A stretch of 64,000 bases of DNA from Somniosus microcephalus (lineage: Eukaryota). How positions within the stretch are numbered: position 1 is the stretch's first letter; every line of letters starts with the position of its first letter. A program made the translations under genes and the position numbers. The notes beneath the pieces were generated by a model that had not been told where the DNA came from, did no database searches, and worked only from the letters and a program-made list of their open reading frames with translations. Below are positions 14,330 through 28,217 of this stretch, piece by piece. The stretch covers positions 54,436,001 to 54,500,000 of the forward strand of contig CM126222.1 of assembly GCA_052327205.1 (NCBI GenBank). The letters run 5' to 3'.

Positions 14330-14444
14330 GATCATCGCGCTCCGCCTATGTCATAGACCTGGAAGCAGAGGAAGAAAACAATCATTTTCGTGAGGAAAGA
14401 ATGGGACTGGCACGTTTGGATAGGGAAAGGGACCACTTACTTCG
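14330..14444 (+). CDS. BAHCC1: BAHCC1 exon (phase 1 to 2)
   Basis: GSSRSAYVIDLEAEEENNHFREERMGLARLDRERDHLLR resembles human ...LDLEAEEE...; gacag acceptor, gtaaga donor. Confidence 0.9.
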
Positions 14445-15170
14445 GTAAGATCTTTCACGGATTAATACAGCACAAAATGTCTTGGATTAACACAGCACAA
14501 TACGCTTTTTATTGTCCCGTCCCAAAATCTGAGCCCAAATCATCAGAATTGGTTACCACAGATGTTGTGATTCGTGGAATAGTTTGCGAACTTGGACTAC
14601 TTTTACAATTCCACTTTGCTCCAATATTCATCCTTAGAACCTGTACAACTCTGACTGGATTACCTAACACTACTAAGCACAATACTTTTAATCCTGAATT
14701 AAGAAATGTTAATGCGTTCCATATGTTTATTTCATTCAACATTATTATATTTAACATCAGAGAGAGATGCATTAAAAAAAAAGGGTTTGCAGCGTTTCAG
14801 TGTCCGTGCGGAGAAGAGTTAATACTAAAAGGCCTGGTTATGCGCTTGACTCATGGATCATGATGTTCATATCCCAGGGCGCTGCTGGTTGCTTGTACAC
14901 TTGGTCAGAAGACCAGTAGCAGAACAAGATTTGTCAGTTCTCAGCTAGACAGCTAAAATGGATGTGCCATCTCCTGGAGAATGAGTCAATGAACATTTGG
15001 CTAACCAGACTCTCACAAATCACACCTTTGGCTTACAGATCATGAAGTGGAAATCCTTGTAGTTGTGGAGAGGGCCGCAGACCAGGTTACTCCAGCTACT
15101 GAATGGAGGAAGCTGTTTGGTGGCACATAACCGACAGACATAAAAATAAGAGAAAATGGGGAAACAAGAT

Positions 15171-15861
15171 CGGCTGAAAATTCAGTAGCCTTAGCGCCTC
15201 ATTTGAGGCGCTAGAGGGCCTTGCGCCGGAGTTATGGCCAGTAGTGAAATTCCCTGGGGCCCTAAATCGGCGTTGCTCCGGTAGCGCTGCGCCGGCACCG
15301 ATGACGTCATCGGTGTGCGCAGCGTCCCGGTTGCCGTGGTAACCCGCCCGAACTCCGAAATTGAGTTGCGGCCGCCTCGCCCGTGGCAGCCGCAACCAGC
15401 GTTTTGTCAGAGGTGCCTTACTGCAGTTAGCGCCGGCGCATTAAAGGCCCCGCGGCGGCCGGCCGCTTTCCCGCCGGCCGCCTGCCCGCAGCTCCCTCCC
15501 CGGACTTCTCTTCCCCCCCCCCCCCCCCCGGAACAGATGCAAGCCCGGCACTTGTCCGAGGTGCCGGGCTCATTTTTAAGCAGATTTGCGCGGGCCGCGG
15601 CCGGGTGCAGGCAGCTCCTCCTTAACGGAAGGAGGAGGCCTGCACTTCCCCAGCCTGCCGCACCGCATCGGGTGCCGCAGCGCCGGAATTGCGGCGCGAA
15701 ACGGCAGTTAGCGCCCTTTTCCAGGCGCTAAGACCCTTCAGTAGCGCCGGCAGCCGTTTGGGCGCGGCGCCACTGAATTTTTGCCGCGCGCAGGGGACTT
15801 AGCGCCGGCACTAATTTCCGGCGCTAAAGCCCTGGCTAAGCCAAAACCCAATTTCTAGGCC
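15171..15861. mobile_element. GC/CpG-rich PIF/Harbinger-like MITE, copy 1
   Basis: Colinear with 33063-33759; right TIR AATTTCTAGGCC, left TIR degenerate (CGGCTGAAAATT). Confidence 0.8.
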
Positions 15862-16084
15862 TATATATCTGTTTTAAAAAAAAAAAAATTCAGGTTATAC
15901 AAGTGAAGTCTACACTTTCCCACTTTTGGTCTGCTTGGTGCCTCATTACTGGACCTTGCATCTAACGATTAAAGGGTACCACTGCAGTGATGTCACAAAG
16001 GAAGTGTGTGGCTAGTTTCAAAATCTATTACATTTTTAAAACATCAAAAATTGTGGGAAGGAAACTTGAGATATATATTTTTTA

Positions 16085-16212
16085 ATTAATTCTTGGAATA
16101 TGGGCATCGCCGGTAAGGCCAGCATTTATTGACCATCCCTAGTTGCCCTTGAGAAGGTGGTGTTGAGCCTTCTCCCTGAACCGCGACAGTCCGTGTGGTG
16201 AAGGCTCTCCCT
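16085..16212 (-). mobile_element. Short LINE/SINE 3' fragment
   Basis: GGGCATCGCCGGTAAGGCCAGCATTTATTGACCATCCCTAG, shared with about 20710-20760. Confidence 0.55.
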
Positions 16213-16243
16213 GTATGGAAAAAGATGTTTTGATTGTGACTAA

Positions 16244-16504
<261 letters not shown>

Positions 16505-16937
16505 TAGTAGCAATGTACAAATTTATGGGTTCAGATATTCCAATGACCGGCGCACCTTTCACACTGATGGCCAATGCACAGTTAACACAACAGACTTTTT
16601 CTTTTCTATTCTTTGCCCCTAAAGCAAGATAGCAAGGTTCAACTTTTCCAACTTTTGGCTTGTATACATGAAAATCTATTTCAAGTAATATTTGAAAGGG
16701 AAAAATTCAACAAAAATGAGTTTATGAAATGCACTGCTAAAAAATGTAGTAATGTTGCATTTACTGCTCAGTGCTACATGTGGGTTGCCATGATGGGAGA
16801 TATAAACCTTGTATACCTCTGTATTGTTCATATTTTTTGAAATTTTCATCCATCCAGAAATCCATCCATTTATCTGTCTAGGTTTGGATATACATTAGCT
16901 CATCTGTCCATTTATAATTCCATCCAAGTACTAAAAA

Positions 16938-17305
16938 GAAAGACAGACTTGCATGTATATAGTGCCTTTCACGAACATCAGACATCACAAAGCACTTTAC
17001 AGCCAATGAAGTACTTTTGAAGTGTAGTCACTGTTGTAATGTGGGAAACGTGGCAGCCAATTTGCGCACAGCAAGGTCCCACAAACAGCAATGTGATCAT
17101 GACCAGAGAATCTGTTTTTGTTATGTTGGTTGAGGGATAAATTATTGACCAGGACACTGGGGATAAACTCCCCTGCTCTTCTTCAAAATAGTGCCATGGG
17201 ATCTTTTACGTCCACCTGAGAGAACTTGGTTTAACGTCTCATCTGAAAGACGGCACCCCCGACAGTGCAGCACTCCCTCAGTACTGCACTGGGAGTGTCA
17301 GCCTA
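16938..17305 (-). mobile_element. SacSINE1-like Deu-SINE, lacking the tRNA head
   Basis: Deu core GCAGCCAATTTGCGCACAGCAAGGTCCCACAAACAGCAATG and L2-type tail. Confidence 0.85.
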
Positions 17306-18794
17306 AGAAGTTTAAGAATTGAAAGTGCAACATACTGTATTATTCTCTAAATGAGAGAATGCTTTGGTGCAGGTAGATAGGAGAGTTACCACACAAGTGT
17401 GTTACTCAGAGTAGAATATAAAAGCACAAATCAACCAGTCAGAGAGAATGCCAGTGGTGAAATAGTGTGCAGTTACAACGGGCCAAGAAAACATTCAGAC
17501 ATCTGATGCAGCTGTTGAGGAGATGAGCAATTTTAATGGAGAATTATAGTTAGGATGGAACAAAAATAAAACTCCACATTTTGAAAGTGAATAACTTATT
17601 ATTCATGCCTCAGTCACAAAATGAAAGACATCCTTTGTCAAGTGAAAGTCTGGAGTTCCATTTTTAAATGCATAAATGTGAAGGAAACCAGGAAGTTCAT
17701 TTGGTACTGTCAGCTGTTTAGAATGTACACAGGCCAATTTCCACATGAAAACAGTTGCACAAATGCTGAAGTTGTCTACAGCCACTAAAATTAGGTGTTG
17801 GGGACATCTTGTGACTTCAAACTTGATATTTGCCTTAATTCTATCCAGGCAAGTGAGATTGCCAGAATATATACACATTCCAAAGGAATTAATCACAGGA
17901 GTTTCTAACCAAACTACTGAAAAATCTGCACGGGTACAGTTTCTGTTTGCCTAATATAGAGGGTACACCCGTTACCCAAGTCGAGAGAGCTTGGAAGAGC
18001 CTAGGCTTAGGGAGCCCCAAGGGTGTGCAGGGGTATCGAAGAATGCAGAAGCCAAATATGCCCTGTGCAGTAAAGAAAGGAGGCAGCCTCAAAAGGAATG
18101 TTTCTTGACCTCATCTGAGCGCAGTGTTGCCCCTGTAAGGTGTAGCTCCATCTTGTTGCTTGTAAAACTAAAATGGTGCTGATCCCAACCCTTCTCTGTT
18201 CTTTGTAGACTGTTTGGAATGGATTGTCACCATATGAACATTCCCATTTTCAGGTCACGGTCAAATACATGCATGCATTTCCATTCTTTACTCAGTGTTG
18301 AAAACTTCACAAACAAAACATCAAGCATATACATTTCTTACAGAAATATAATGGCTGAATATTATTATACATGAAGACAAACTGGCAGGAGAAAAGAAAA
18401 GGAGAAGGGTTTGTCAAAATCAGTTACCGACCTAACCCATCACCATCTATACTAATAAAAGTAGGATCTCATTCCCAAAGGAAAAGCATAAAAGGTTGTT
18501 ATATTTGGTTGAGCTGTTCTATGAATTCTAGGTTTCCAAAATGGGTCCTTTCATATCCCACTACATCTGCTGCCAAAGTAATCCAGTCATTAGAATCGGG
18601 GGAGTATCTGATTACCACTTCTGCAGGGTAATCCTTTTTGCTGGAGCACACAATAGATAAGTTCTGCTCATTACTGAGTTTGAAAATGCAGCATCTGGAA
18701 AAGTCTAAAATGAATCAGGCACAAGAGTTAGTTGTGTTTAATGTCTGAACCGTACCCTAAACAGATCATTAGAATGTGTCTTGGATTTTACCAC

Positions 18795-19060
18795 AGTACA
18801 AAGAATCATAAAATGTTCCTGCACAGAAACCGGCCATTTGACACATCCAGTCTGCGCTGCTGTTTTTCTCTGAATGAACCATTTGCGCTTCTGCTCACTC
18901 TCCATATACTCTAATATTCCTCTGTTCAAGCAACTATCTAATTTCCTTTTCAAAGAATTTATGGACTTTGCTTCAACAATGGTTTGTGGCAGAGAATTAC
19001 AAAAACTAATCACTCTCAATGTAAAGGCATTTCCTAATTTCCCCCTTAATTCTTTTTGCG
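18795..19060 (-). mobile_element. Degenerate CR1 3' fragment
   Basis: Minus ORF RVISFCNSLPQTIVEAKSINSLKRKLD, a CR1 ORF2 C-terminus. Confidence 0.7.
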
Positions 19061-19283
19061 ATTATTTTATAAATTTATGTAGTACTGCTTTAGTTTCTTG
19101 TCCCCCATATTCATCAGTTAATAAACTTTCATAATCCAAGACATTAAAACTCAGAGCAGACAAGCATAACAATATTTCTAGTTTTAAACTGATTTATGCA
19201 CTCTACTCCAAATATTTCTCCAATCCAAGTGAGAATTTAAAGTTCTGCTCCTCATTAAGGTAGATTTTTTTTGCTGCATTATG

Positions 19284-19394
19284 GATAGTCACTGCCTTTC
19301 ATAGGCATTTCTGATTCGTTGATAGTCATTGCTTTTCATAGCCATTTCCGATTCGCTGATAGTCACTGCCTTTCATAATCTTTTCTGATTCACT
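19284..19394. repeat. 37-bp tandem repeat, 3 copies
   Basis: GATAGTCACTGCCTTTCATAGGCATTTCTGATTCGTT repeated three times with substitutions. Confidence 0.85.
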
Positions 19395-20709
19395 GAGTGT
19401 CCTTGAGCTTTCCTAAGGAGTATGACAACCTGGTGCTGGTATCATCTTGAAATGTCAATGGAAATTTCATTGCGATTGGATTGACAACCCTACCGCTTAT
19501 CCCCCTTAAGATCTTTCTTTAACGTTTGGAACCCTTTGTGGCGGATGTAATAATCCAATACCAAAGCCAGGCGGGTCTGTGGTACATCAGGTACTGTGGA
19601 CGATTGAGCAGCCAGCCCGGCTCACTGATGGAACCTGGAGGGGTAGACCCATCGCTGGGAGCTGTGAATCGTCCACGCGGCTCCAGATAACCCTGTACGC
19701 CAGTGCCCTACTGGGTAGAGTGGTCCTGCTTGAACAAACAGCAGGGAAGCTTTGCATTTCTCCGTGCTGGTAGACTGCATGGTTTTAACTGGTAAAACGC
19801 TCATCAAAACCCCTGCACACCCTTGGGGGGCTCTCTATGGGGTGTGCCCTCTATATTAGCAAACAGAAACTGTACCCGTGCAGATTTTTCAGTAGTTTGA
19901 TTTGGAAACGCATCAAAGTGTGATGATTTGCTGCACATGTCAGACACATTGCTGACCAAAACATATTTTTGAAATGGTGTCTCGCCTCTACGTTGAGTTA
20001 TAATTCACCCAAATCTGCTACAGAAGAACAGATGTAAATATCATAAAATTATTCATAAAATTAAAATCATTCCAGAATATCAGTAACAGTTGTATTGTCT
20101 TTTGTACCACCCAGTAGCAACAACCCACCCACTGTGTTATTACAACTGATCCCAGCAAGTTCCAGGAGATTTCAACAGGGCAGCGTTATCATAACCTTCC
20201 AGTTATTATTGTTGGTAGTTAAATGGATAGGAACTAACCTGTTTTCAGGATAGTTGCGTTCGCTTGTTAAAAATATTTAGTTGAAAGTTTCACCTGTTTA
20301 AAAGCAAAACTTATAATGTACTTTCAACTACAACTACAAGGAATGTTAAAAAGGGTAGCATTTTTCTATTATTTTAGTTTTAATTTTTGTGTTTTGGGAG
20401 ACTGTCAAAATAATCTTCACAGAAACCATACAAGGGATGATGCGGAACAGAATTATGTGTGATTTGGACAATAAACAAGATAAATTCTATAATTGCTGTG
20501 TGACTCATTCTGGTTTTTCCCTATTTTTATATGGCTTCTTTTCATAATTGTATTTGCCTATTTCATCAGCCTTTCATTTAGTTTTTTAAAAACATTTTCT
20601 TGTCTGATTTTATAGGATTATTCAGCAATTTTTTTTGTCTCATTTTGATTTATTCCTGTCATTCTTTTTCATTTTCCCCTTTTCATTATTTTTGTTTTTT
20701 TAATTATTT

Positions 20710-21020
20710 GTCGGATGTGTGCATCGCTGGCAAGGCAGACATTTATTGCCCATCCCTAGGAAACTTTAGAGGGCAGTTAAAGGCCAGACTGAGTAAAGAG
20801 GCAGGTTCCCTTCCCTAAAGGACATTAGTGAATCAGTTGGGGTTTTACAACAATCTGACCACTTCATTTTAACTTTTACTGATACCAGCTTTATCCCAGT
20901 TTTTTTTTAATGGAATTCAAATTCTCAAACTACCATGGCGGGATTTGAACTTACATACTCTGGATGACGTGTCCAGGCCCTCTAGATTACTAGTCCAGTA
21001 CCATAACCAATACACTACAC
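20710..21020 (-). mobile_element. tRNA-derived SINE
   Basis: Minus-strand head GTAGTGTATTGGTTATGGTACTGGACTAG...GTTCAAATCCC; tail shared with the 16085 fragment. Confidence 0.6.
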
Positions 21021-22231
21021 AATGGTCTCTAGTATAAAGACCATTTGTCATCAAACTTCTTTGTTTCCCGCAAAAAAAATTAATTACGCACAAAGTGGCC
21101 AGTCTGGAATATGGAAACCACCAAAGGAATTGGCAGCCCGCATATTATTTATGACAGAATTCTTTTTTCAAGTAGTTTTGAAACTGTCGGGGGAGTTCTG
21201 TTATTGCACAGATTTTGGATGGATTTTCACTTTCTGCCGTTTCTAGTTTTAGCAGGAGCAACAGCAACAAGCATTGATATAGTGCCTTTAAAGTAGAAAA
21301 ATGTCTGAAGGCACTTCACCGAAGCATAATCAGACAAACGTTGATGCTGAGCCAATGAAGGAGATAGTGGGAGGGATGATTAAAAGCTTGGTCAAAGAAA
21401 TGGGTTTTAGTCGGAGGTGGAGAAGCAAAAAGGCATGATTGCAGTGGTAACATCACCCCATAATATTGCTTTGCTGTTACTCCCTATGGAAGGGTATGTG
21501 TCTCTAGCCCTTCTTAATTACTTTCTTTCTAGTTTTACTCCCCTTCTCTAATGAGTAAACCTAATTGACCATAAATGATATGGAGGAGGAACATTCTTGT
21601 AATATAAAATTTGCTGATGACACTGATATCACGTGGCCAGCAGCATAATAAAGTTTGGTGAAGTTCATAGTGAACTAGACTACCAGGCGGATAGGTTAAA
21701 ACACCCATCTTGTGTGCGCATTTGAGGTTTCCTGTTCAAGAGTGCATAACCTAGCATTCATCTGCATTTGAATTCCATTGAGCCATCTGCTTATGTTAGA
21801 ATATTGCAATAACCCTTCTCCCATTTTGTTTATAACTAATGTGAACACCATTGGAACTCAGGAATACAATTTGCATAACTTCCCCTCAGTGATGAACTAA
21901 GTGAGGCAGCTGATAGAGCAGGGTGTCCATGATCTGTGGAAGGAGCAGGCTTTGAGGGATCAAATATCCTTTTTTCCTTCCTTTTTGTGTTATTGCTGTG
22001 AGACATTTTATCAGCTACGTGCTTCGGAAGATCAATTACTGTACTAGTGAGTGATAGCTAAGGATGAGGAGATGATACAACTGCGAGAATACGTGGGAGA
22101 AGACTTGTTCTGGTTGCTTTGTATAGTGACACTGTAAATGCATTTAAAAAATAAGTGCTCGAGACTTCACTACACATAATGACCAGAGCAGGTCGTTCCC
22201 TATAATTGTGCATCACAATATTTATATTTAA

Positions 22232-22462
<231 letters not shown>

Positions 22463-24739
22463 TAATGGTGTGCAGATTAGGGGTGGGAAATTCGTTTGTC
22501 ACTTTGGCGCTTTTTCTTACGTGTTTTATTCTACTTTATATAGTATTTGAACAAGATAAATAGATAAAACTTGATGACATTTAAAAATCACTATTCGTGA
22601 CTGAAAATTTGCCATTTCTATGCCCAAACATCTTGCTACGGTTACATATTGCTTGATTTCACTGTAAATAGATGTGGCTGTGGGATGTCCTCAGGGTGTG
22701 TCAAGACATTAAACACAAGTTTTGTCTTACGTTCATTCTTTTTCTCTGTCTCTCTCTCTCTCTCACACGCACACTCAGTCTAGTTCTGTAAAAAAAAAAA
22801 ATCTGCACTATAATGAGGGGAACCACAATGTGAAAGAGGTATAATGATAAAACAATAAATGTGATATTTCCTTTCCTTTTTATAATTCATAACAATAAAA
22901 TTAAATGTATTTAAAAAGGTCTATATAATAAAGACCAGATGGAAAAAGAAGTCCTTCCTGGAGAATGTAGGTCGTGTGAACCCTTGCATGTTGTTAGCTT
23001 TGATAAAAGCGTTATTATTTCTCTGCTGATTTTATCTTTTTAGTCCAGGTAAATTGGACTTCTTGTGGTCTTCCCCTTGTCCTTTGTATTGAGGTGTCAC
23101 AGTAAACATAGCAAATAACAATGGGAGAGTAGTGGCAGGACTACTATTAGTTCACCATGTCATGAAGAGGTGAAACGTATTCCCTTTCAAATCCTGGAAT
23201 GGCTGAATACTTCTCCCATTGCTGGATTTAATTCCATATCATTTTGGGTTGGCATGTTTAATTGGAACATATTTTGAAGTGTATTGAAAATCAGATCCAT
23301 ATGTTTTGTGTTTAACATCATCACAACCTTCACAAACACGTCTTTTTTACATGTATAAATAGATGAAGTAGAATAACCTCTAACAGAAATATATGATTTT
23401 TCACATGGTCTAAGATCTCGTGTATTCCTTAATCAGTGGCTTCTGAATATTGGCATTGAGAGGAGGAAGGATGACCGAGGGGCCAGAGTCTGAATCCAAA
23501 CTCAAATACAGAGCATGAAAGCCGTGACTTTATTGGGAGGATGAAGTCTTGTGCTTCCAATTGGGTTCCCAGTAAACAGGAATCCCCATCAAAACTGCCT
23601 GCACTTTGACTCTAATTAACATATGTTCTGCAATCTCATTCAGACAGCCGAGAATGATAGGCTATGTAAAAATAGAAACTCTACACTGCAAGAAACATTT
23701 GCTCAAACTGACTTTGGGAGTAAGTGCAACCAGTTGCCTAAAGGGAAAAGTGATTCCATTCCTCAGCCCTTATTCTAATTCGCCAAGATACTTTGTCATA
23801 AAACAATAGGGTAACCTCGGCAGTCCCACACTCTGTGAGGAGCCATGCCCAAAGGGAGCATGCACCTAAGAGCCCTGTAGCCCTATTTCCGACTTGTGCT
23901 TCCTTTGAGTCCGGCTTGAGGTTGGGGGCACGGGGCCGCTGAATTCATCCTAATATAGCCCATCTAAAAACGTATCCAAGCAGGTGATTTACAGCGTTGT
24001 GGAAGTTGCTAATATAGGGGTTATCAACAGCAATCTGTAAAACATAATAACACACGTCCTGTGGCAATGCTCTGGCAAGTCAGATGATGTGCTGCTGTAT
24101 AAGGATATAAGAGTTTTATATCAAATATGCACAGTGCATTGTTCTGTCAAGTTGGGCAGTGCTGCTTTAAGGCCATGAAAGTCCGATAGTTGTTAAGTAA
24201 ACAGAGGCTTAGGTCAGTTGGTGTCCTGTTGTTTGGACAGGGAATTTTATAGATTGTAATGTGCTTGCCAATTTCAGATTGTGGTTCAGAGGCACTCAAC
24301 ATTTTAAGATTGTTTTGCATCCATAACAAAGCGTGACATCTCAGCATGACATCTGTGTTCACTATAGATATTGTTTTAAATATTTTATCGATATGAAAAA
24401 TGTCCCGACGTAAACATTGCTTGCTGTGGCGTAGTGTTCCCTTTACATTTGAAACTTGAGTTTAAATTGGGTTGAAATATATGGATGAAAGTTCCCACTC
24501 TAATGGTCATAAAAGACCTAACAGAAATTAGTTTGACCAGTCTTAATGGGCACTGTACAAAACTACACATATTTCGGCAGTAAATTCACATTATGACTCA
24601 AATTATCCACTCAAGTGAATGTTTTAGAAAATTGAAATGTCGCATTAATGAAGTAAGGTGTGTTATTTTTACTGAGAGATTGAACTGAAGGACCATGGTC
24701 CATGATTAATGAGGTAAATTCATAAATAGTGATTGGGTG

Positions 24740-25602
24740 GCTCTAAGCCTGGGTTTTAACAGCCTGAAGATTGCAGGAGGAGGGAAAGACTGAGGGAGAT
24801 CAGGAGTTCCACAACTTTCAGGCCCTGTGGGGAAAAAAAATAAGTTAGAGCATGTGTAATGTGATTTCAACTCAATGGGGTTGTAGAGAAGCAGAAAAAC
24901 ACATAGGGCAACATATTTGCAATTTAGAAGAAATCAGGAAGAAAAGTTGAGAAGCGCATTGACCAAAGTAATGTTGAGAATGTGGAGAGAAATGGTGCAA
25001 CAAAGAGATCAAAAACTAGAGGCCATGAATAAGGGAGAGATTGTCTCGGGTAATAAGCTTCTTTGTCTTGTCTTCGATGTTTGATAGGAAAGGCCAAAAC
25101 CAAGCTTCTTGGAGGAAGCTTTAGCAATGGAGGGAATGTGGGAGTTCCATTTGAGGGCAGAGTAGATAATGAGACCAAGAATGGCGATAAATGAAGAAGG
25201 CCTAGCATGGAGTCATCAAATATAAGAGGTCGCAGCGCTTGGTTAAACTTGAGGGATATCGGAAGAAACTGACTTTGTAGAATTGAAAGAAACCAGATTT
25301 TCATTGCCCATTGAAGGATGGCAGGAGATCTAGATGTACTGGATTAGTATTTGCACTGCAAGAGATTTGGAGGTGGTGAGCACTACGGGTGTATGATCTG
25401 AAGGAAGTTGATGAATGTAGAGTGGAAGTATCAGCAGAAATCTGGATAGGGTTGAATGAAGAAGGAACAGATTGAGCGAGAGGACCGAGTGCTGGGGACC
25501 CCTGAGTTAATGAGAAAAAAAATCAAAGATGAACAGCAAAGATAGAACAAGTTGAGAGAAAACTAGATATAGTCGTTACATAGTTCTGGTTGGAGGCCAT
25601 AT
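24740..25602 (-). mobile_element. Old degraded L2/Crack/Jockey-like LINE RT region; continues at about 32855-33000 beyond the nested insertions
   Basis: Minus-strand decayed SGVP..LGPL (about 25478-25506), an ADD-like motif near 25430, and a decayed FEK-WH motif at about 32878-32897 at the expected spacing once inserts are removed. Confidence 0.55.
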
Positions 25603-26757
25603 AATGATACATCCCAACAGTGCCCTCCTCCTGATGAAATGCTTAGAACATGGCCTTGTCATAACCAACACCTTGTTCCGTCAGAGAGAAAAGTACAAGG
25701 TTTCATGGCAGCACCCTCGCTCCAAGCACTGGCATCTGCTGAACTACGTCATTGTCCGAGCGAGGGGCCGCAAGGATGTCCGCATCATCCATGACAGGAG
25801 CTGACGACTGCTGGACAGACCACCACCTAATCCGCGCTCTCATCTCCATCAATGTAGCCCCAAAACAGCGGCGGCAACAGAAACAATGCCACAGGAAAAT
25901 CAATGCTGGAGCACTCTTAAGATCCCGCTAAGAAAGCCCTATTCAGCCTGCACCTCACAAACAACCTGACGACTCCCAGTGATGCAGAGACACAGTGTCC
26001 ACAGTGCTTGATCTGCACTCAAGGCCTCCATAATCAGCACCTGTGAAGAGACGCTCGATCACTCGACCAGGAAACACCAAGACTGGTTCGACGAGAACGA
26101 CCAGGAGATCCAGGAGCTAATAAGCCGCAAGCGCAAGGCATTCCTGATCTGGAAACAGCAACAGAACTCGAGAGCAAGAAAGCAGCTCTACAGACGCCTG
26201 AAGGCCGAGGTCCAACAAAAAACTCATGACCTAAAGAACAGATGGTGGGTGCAGAAAGTGCAGGAGATCCAGCACCTAGCTGACAACCATGACGTGCGTG
26301 GATTCTTTAGCGCAGTCAAGACAGCCTACAGCCCAATCGCCCAAGGTCCTACCCCACTGCAGGCCAAGAACGGAGAGGTACTCGATCAAGGACAGGGAGG
26401 CAGTCAGTGCCTGCTGCAAGGAGCACTTCGAAGATCTCCTTAACCGAGACTCTGTCTTCGACGCGAGTGTCCTCAACTCCATCCCGCAGCATGCTACCCG
26501 CCACCATCTCAGCACAACCCTAGCCCGGCATGAAGAACAACAAGGCCTCAGGAGCAGATGGAATCCCTGCCGAGACACTAAAGCATGGCGGAGAAGCACC
26601 ACTGGCGCAAATTCATGAACGCATTTCTCTTATCTGGAAGGAGGAGAGCATGCCAGGGGATCTCGGAGACGTCGTAATTGTGACCATCTTCAAGAAAGGT
26701 GACTAGTCCGCCACAGGGAAAGTCATCGCAAGAATCCTCCTCAATTACCTTCTCCCA

Positions 26758-28217
26758 GTGGCTGAAGAGCTCCTCCCAGAGTTGCAATGCGGATTCTGCC
26801 CACTAAGGGGCACAATGGACATGATCTTCACCACGCGCCGATTACAAGAGAAATGCATGGAACAGCACCAACCGCTGTACATGGCCTTCTTTGACCTCAC
26901 AAAGTCCTTTGACACTGTCAACTGTGAGGGATTATGGAGCGTCCTCCTCAAATTTGGCTGCCCTCAAAAATTTGTCACCATCCTCTGCTTGCTTCACGAC
27001 GACATGCAAGCCATGATCCTGACCAACAGTTCCACCACAGACCCAATTCACGTACGGACCGGGGTCAAGCAAGGCTGTATCATCGCACCGATGCTCTTCT
27101 TGATTTTCCTTGTGGTAGTGCTCCATCTCGCCCTCTGTAAGCTCCCCACTGGAGTGGAGCTAATTTACAGAACAAACGGGAAACTGTTCAGCCTCCGTCG
27201 CCTTCAGTCCAGATCCAAGGTCGTCCCATCCTCTGTCATCGAATTACAGTATGCAGACGACGCTTGCGTCTGTGCACACTCGGAGGTCGAGCTCCAAACC
27301 ATCGTTAACACCTTCACCGAAGCGTACGAGAGCATGGGCCTTACACTAAACATCTGTAAGACAAAGGTCCTCTACCAACCTGCCCCCGCCACACAGTACT
27401 GCCCCCCGATTCTCAAAATCCATGACAAGGCCTTGAACAATGTGGACCACTTTCCATACTGTGGGAGCCTACTGTCAACAAGGGCAGACATCGATGACAA
27501 AGTCCAACACTGCCTTCAGTGTGCCAGTGCAGCTTTCGGTCGCCTGAGGAAGAGAGTGTTTGAAGACCAGGACTTCAAACCCGGCACCAAGCTCATGGTC
27601 TACAGAGCAGTAGTAATACCCACCATCCTGTATGCTTCAGAGATATGGGCCATGTACAGCAGGTACCTCACAGCACTGGAGAGGTACCACCAACGCTGCC
27701 TCCGCAAGATCCTGCAAATCCATTGGCAGGATAGGCGCACCAACGTCGGTGTTCTCGCTCAGGCCAATATCCCCAGCATCGAAGCTCTGACCACACTCAA
27801 TCAGCTCCGATGGACGGATCACATCGTCCGCATGCCCAATATGAGACTCCCAAAACAAGTGCTCTACTCGGAGCTCCGACAAGGCAAGAGAGCCCCAGGT
27901 GGGCAGAGGAAACTCTTCAAGGACACCCTCAAAGCTTCCTTAAAAAAGTGCAACATCCCCACCGACACCTGGGAATCCCTGACCCAAGACCGCACAAAGT
28001 GGAGGAGAAGCATCAGGGAAGGCGCCGAATACCTCGAGTCTCTTCACTGGGAGCAAGCGGAAGCCAAGCACAAACAGTGGAAGGAGCGCACGTCAACCCA
28101 AGCACCCCACCCACCCGCCCCTTCAACCACCGTCTGCCCCACCTGTGACAGAGACTGTAGGTCTCACATTGGACTCATCAGTCACCAGAGAACTCCTTTT
28201 TTAATGTGGAAGCAAGT
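26758..28217 (+). pseudogene. RTE ORF2 reverse transcriptase remnant (upstream part frameshifted)
   Basis: 502-aa ORF; the last residues (VIKIIASGKLCHHFL) are read-through into the Gypsy LTR. Confidence 0.9.

Larger units (their letters stand above)
17901..19910. repeat. About 2 kb segment bounded by long inverted repeats (putative non-autonomous DNA transposon)
   Basis: 17910-17950 is the perfect 41-bp reverse complement of 19859-19899; 18015-18034 is the perfect reverse complement of 19809-19828. Confidence 0.7.

Noticed and set aside
14390-14863. 157-aa ORF
   Set aside because: Overlaps the real exon in a different frame and runs into intron; no homology recognised
15096-15731. Pro/Arg/Ala-rich ORFs (also 33066-33628) as genes or a true CpG-island promoter
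   Set aside because: They lie entirely within a TIR-bounded repeated MITE; high GC suppresses stop codons
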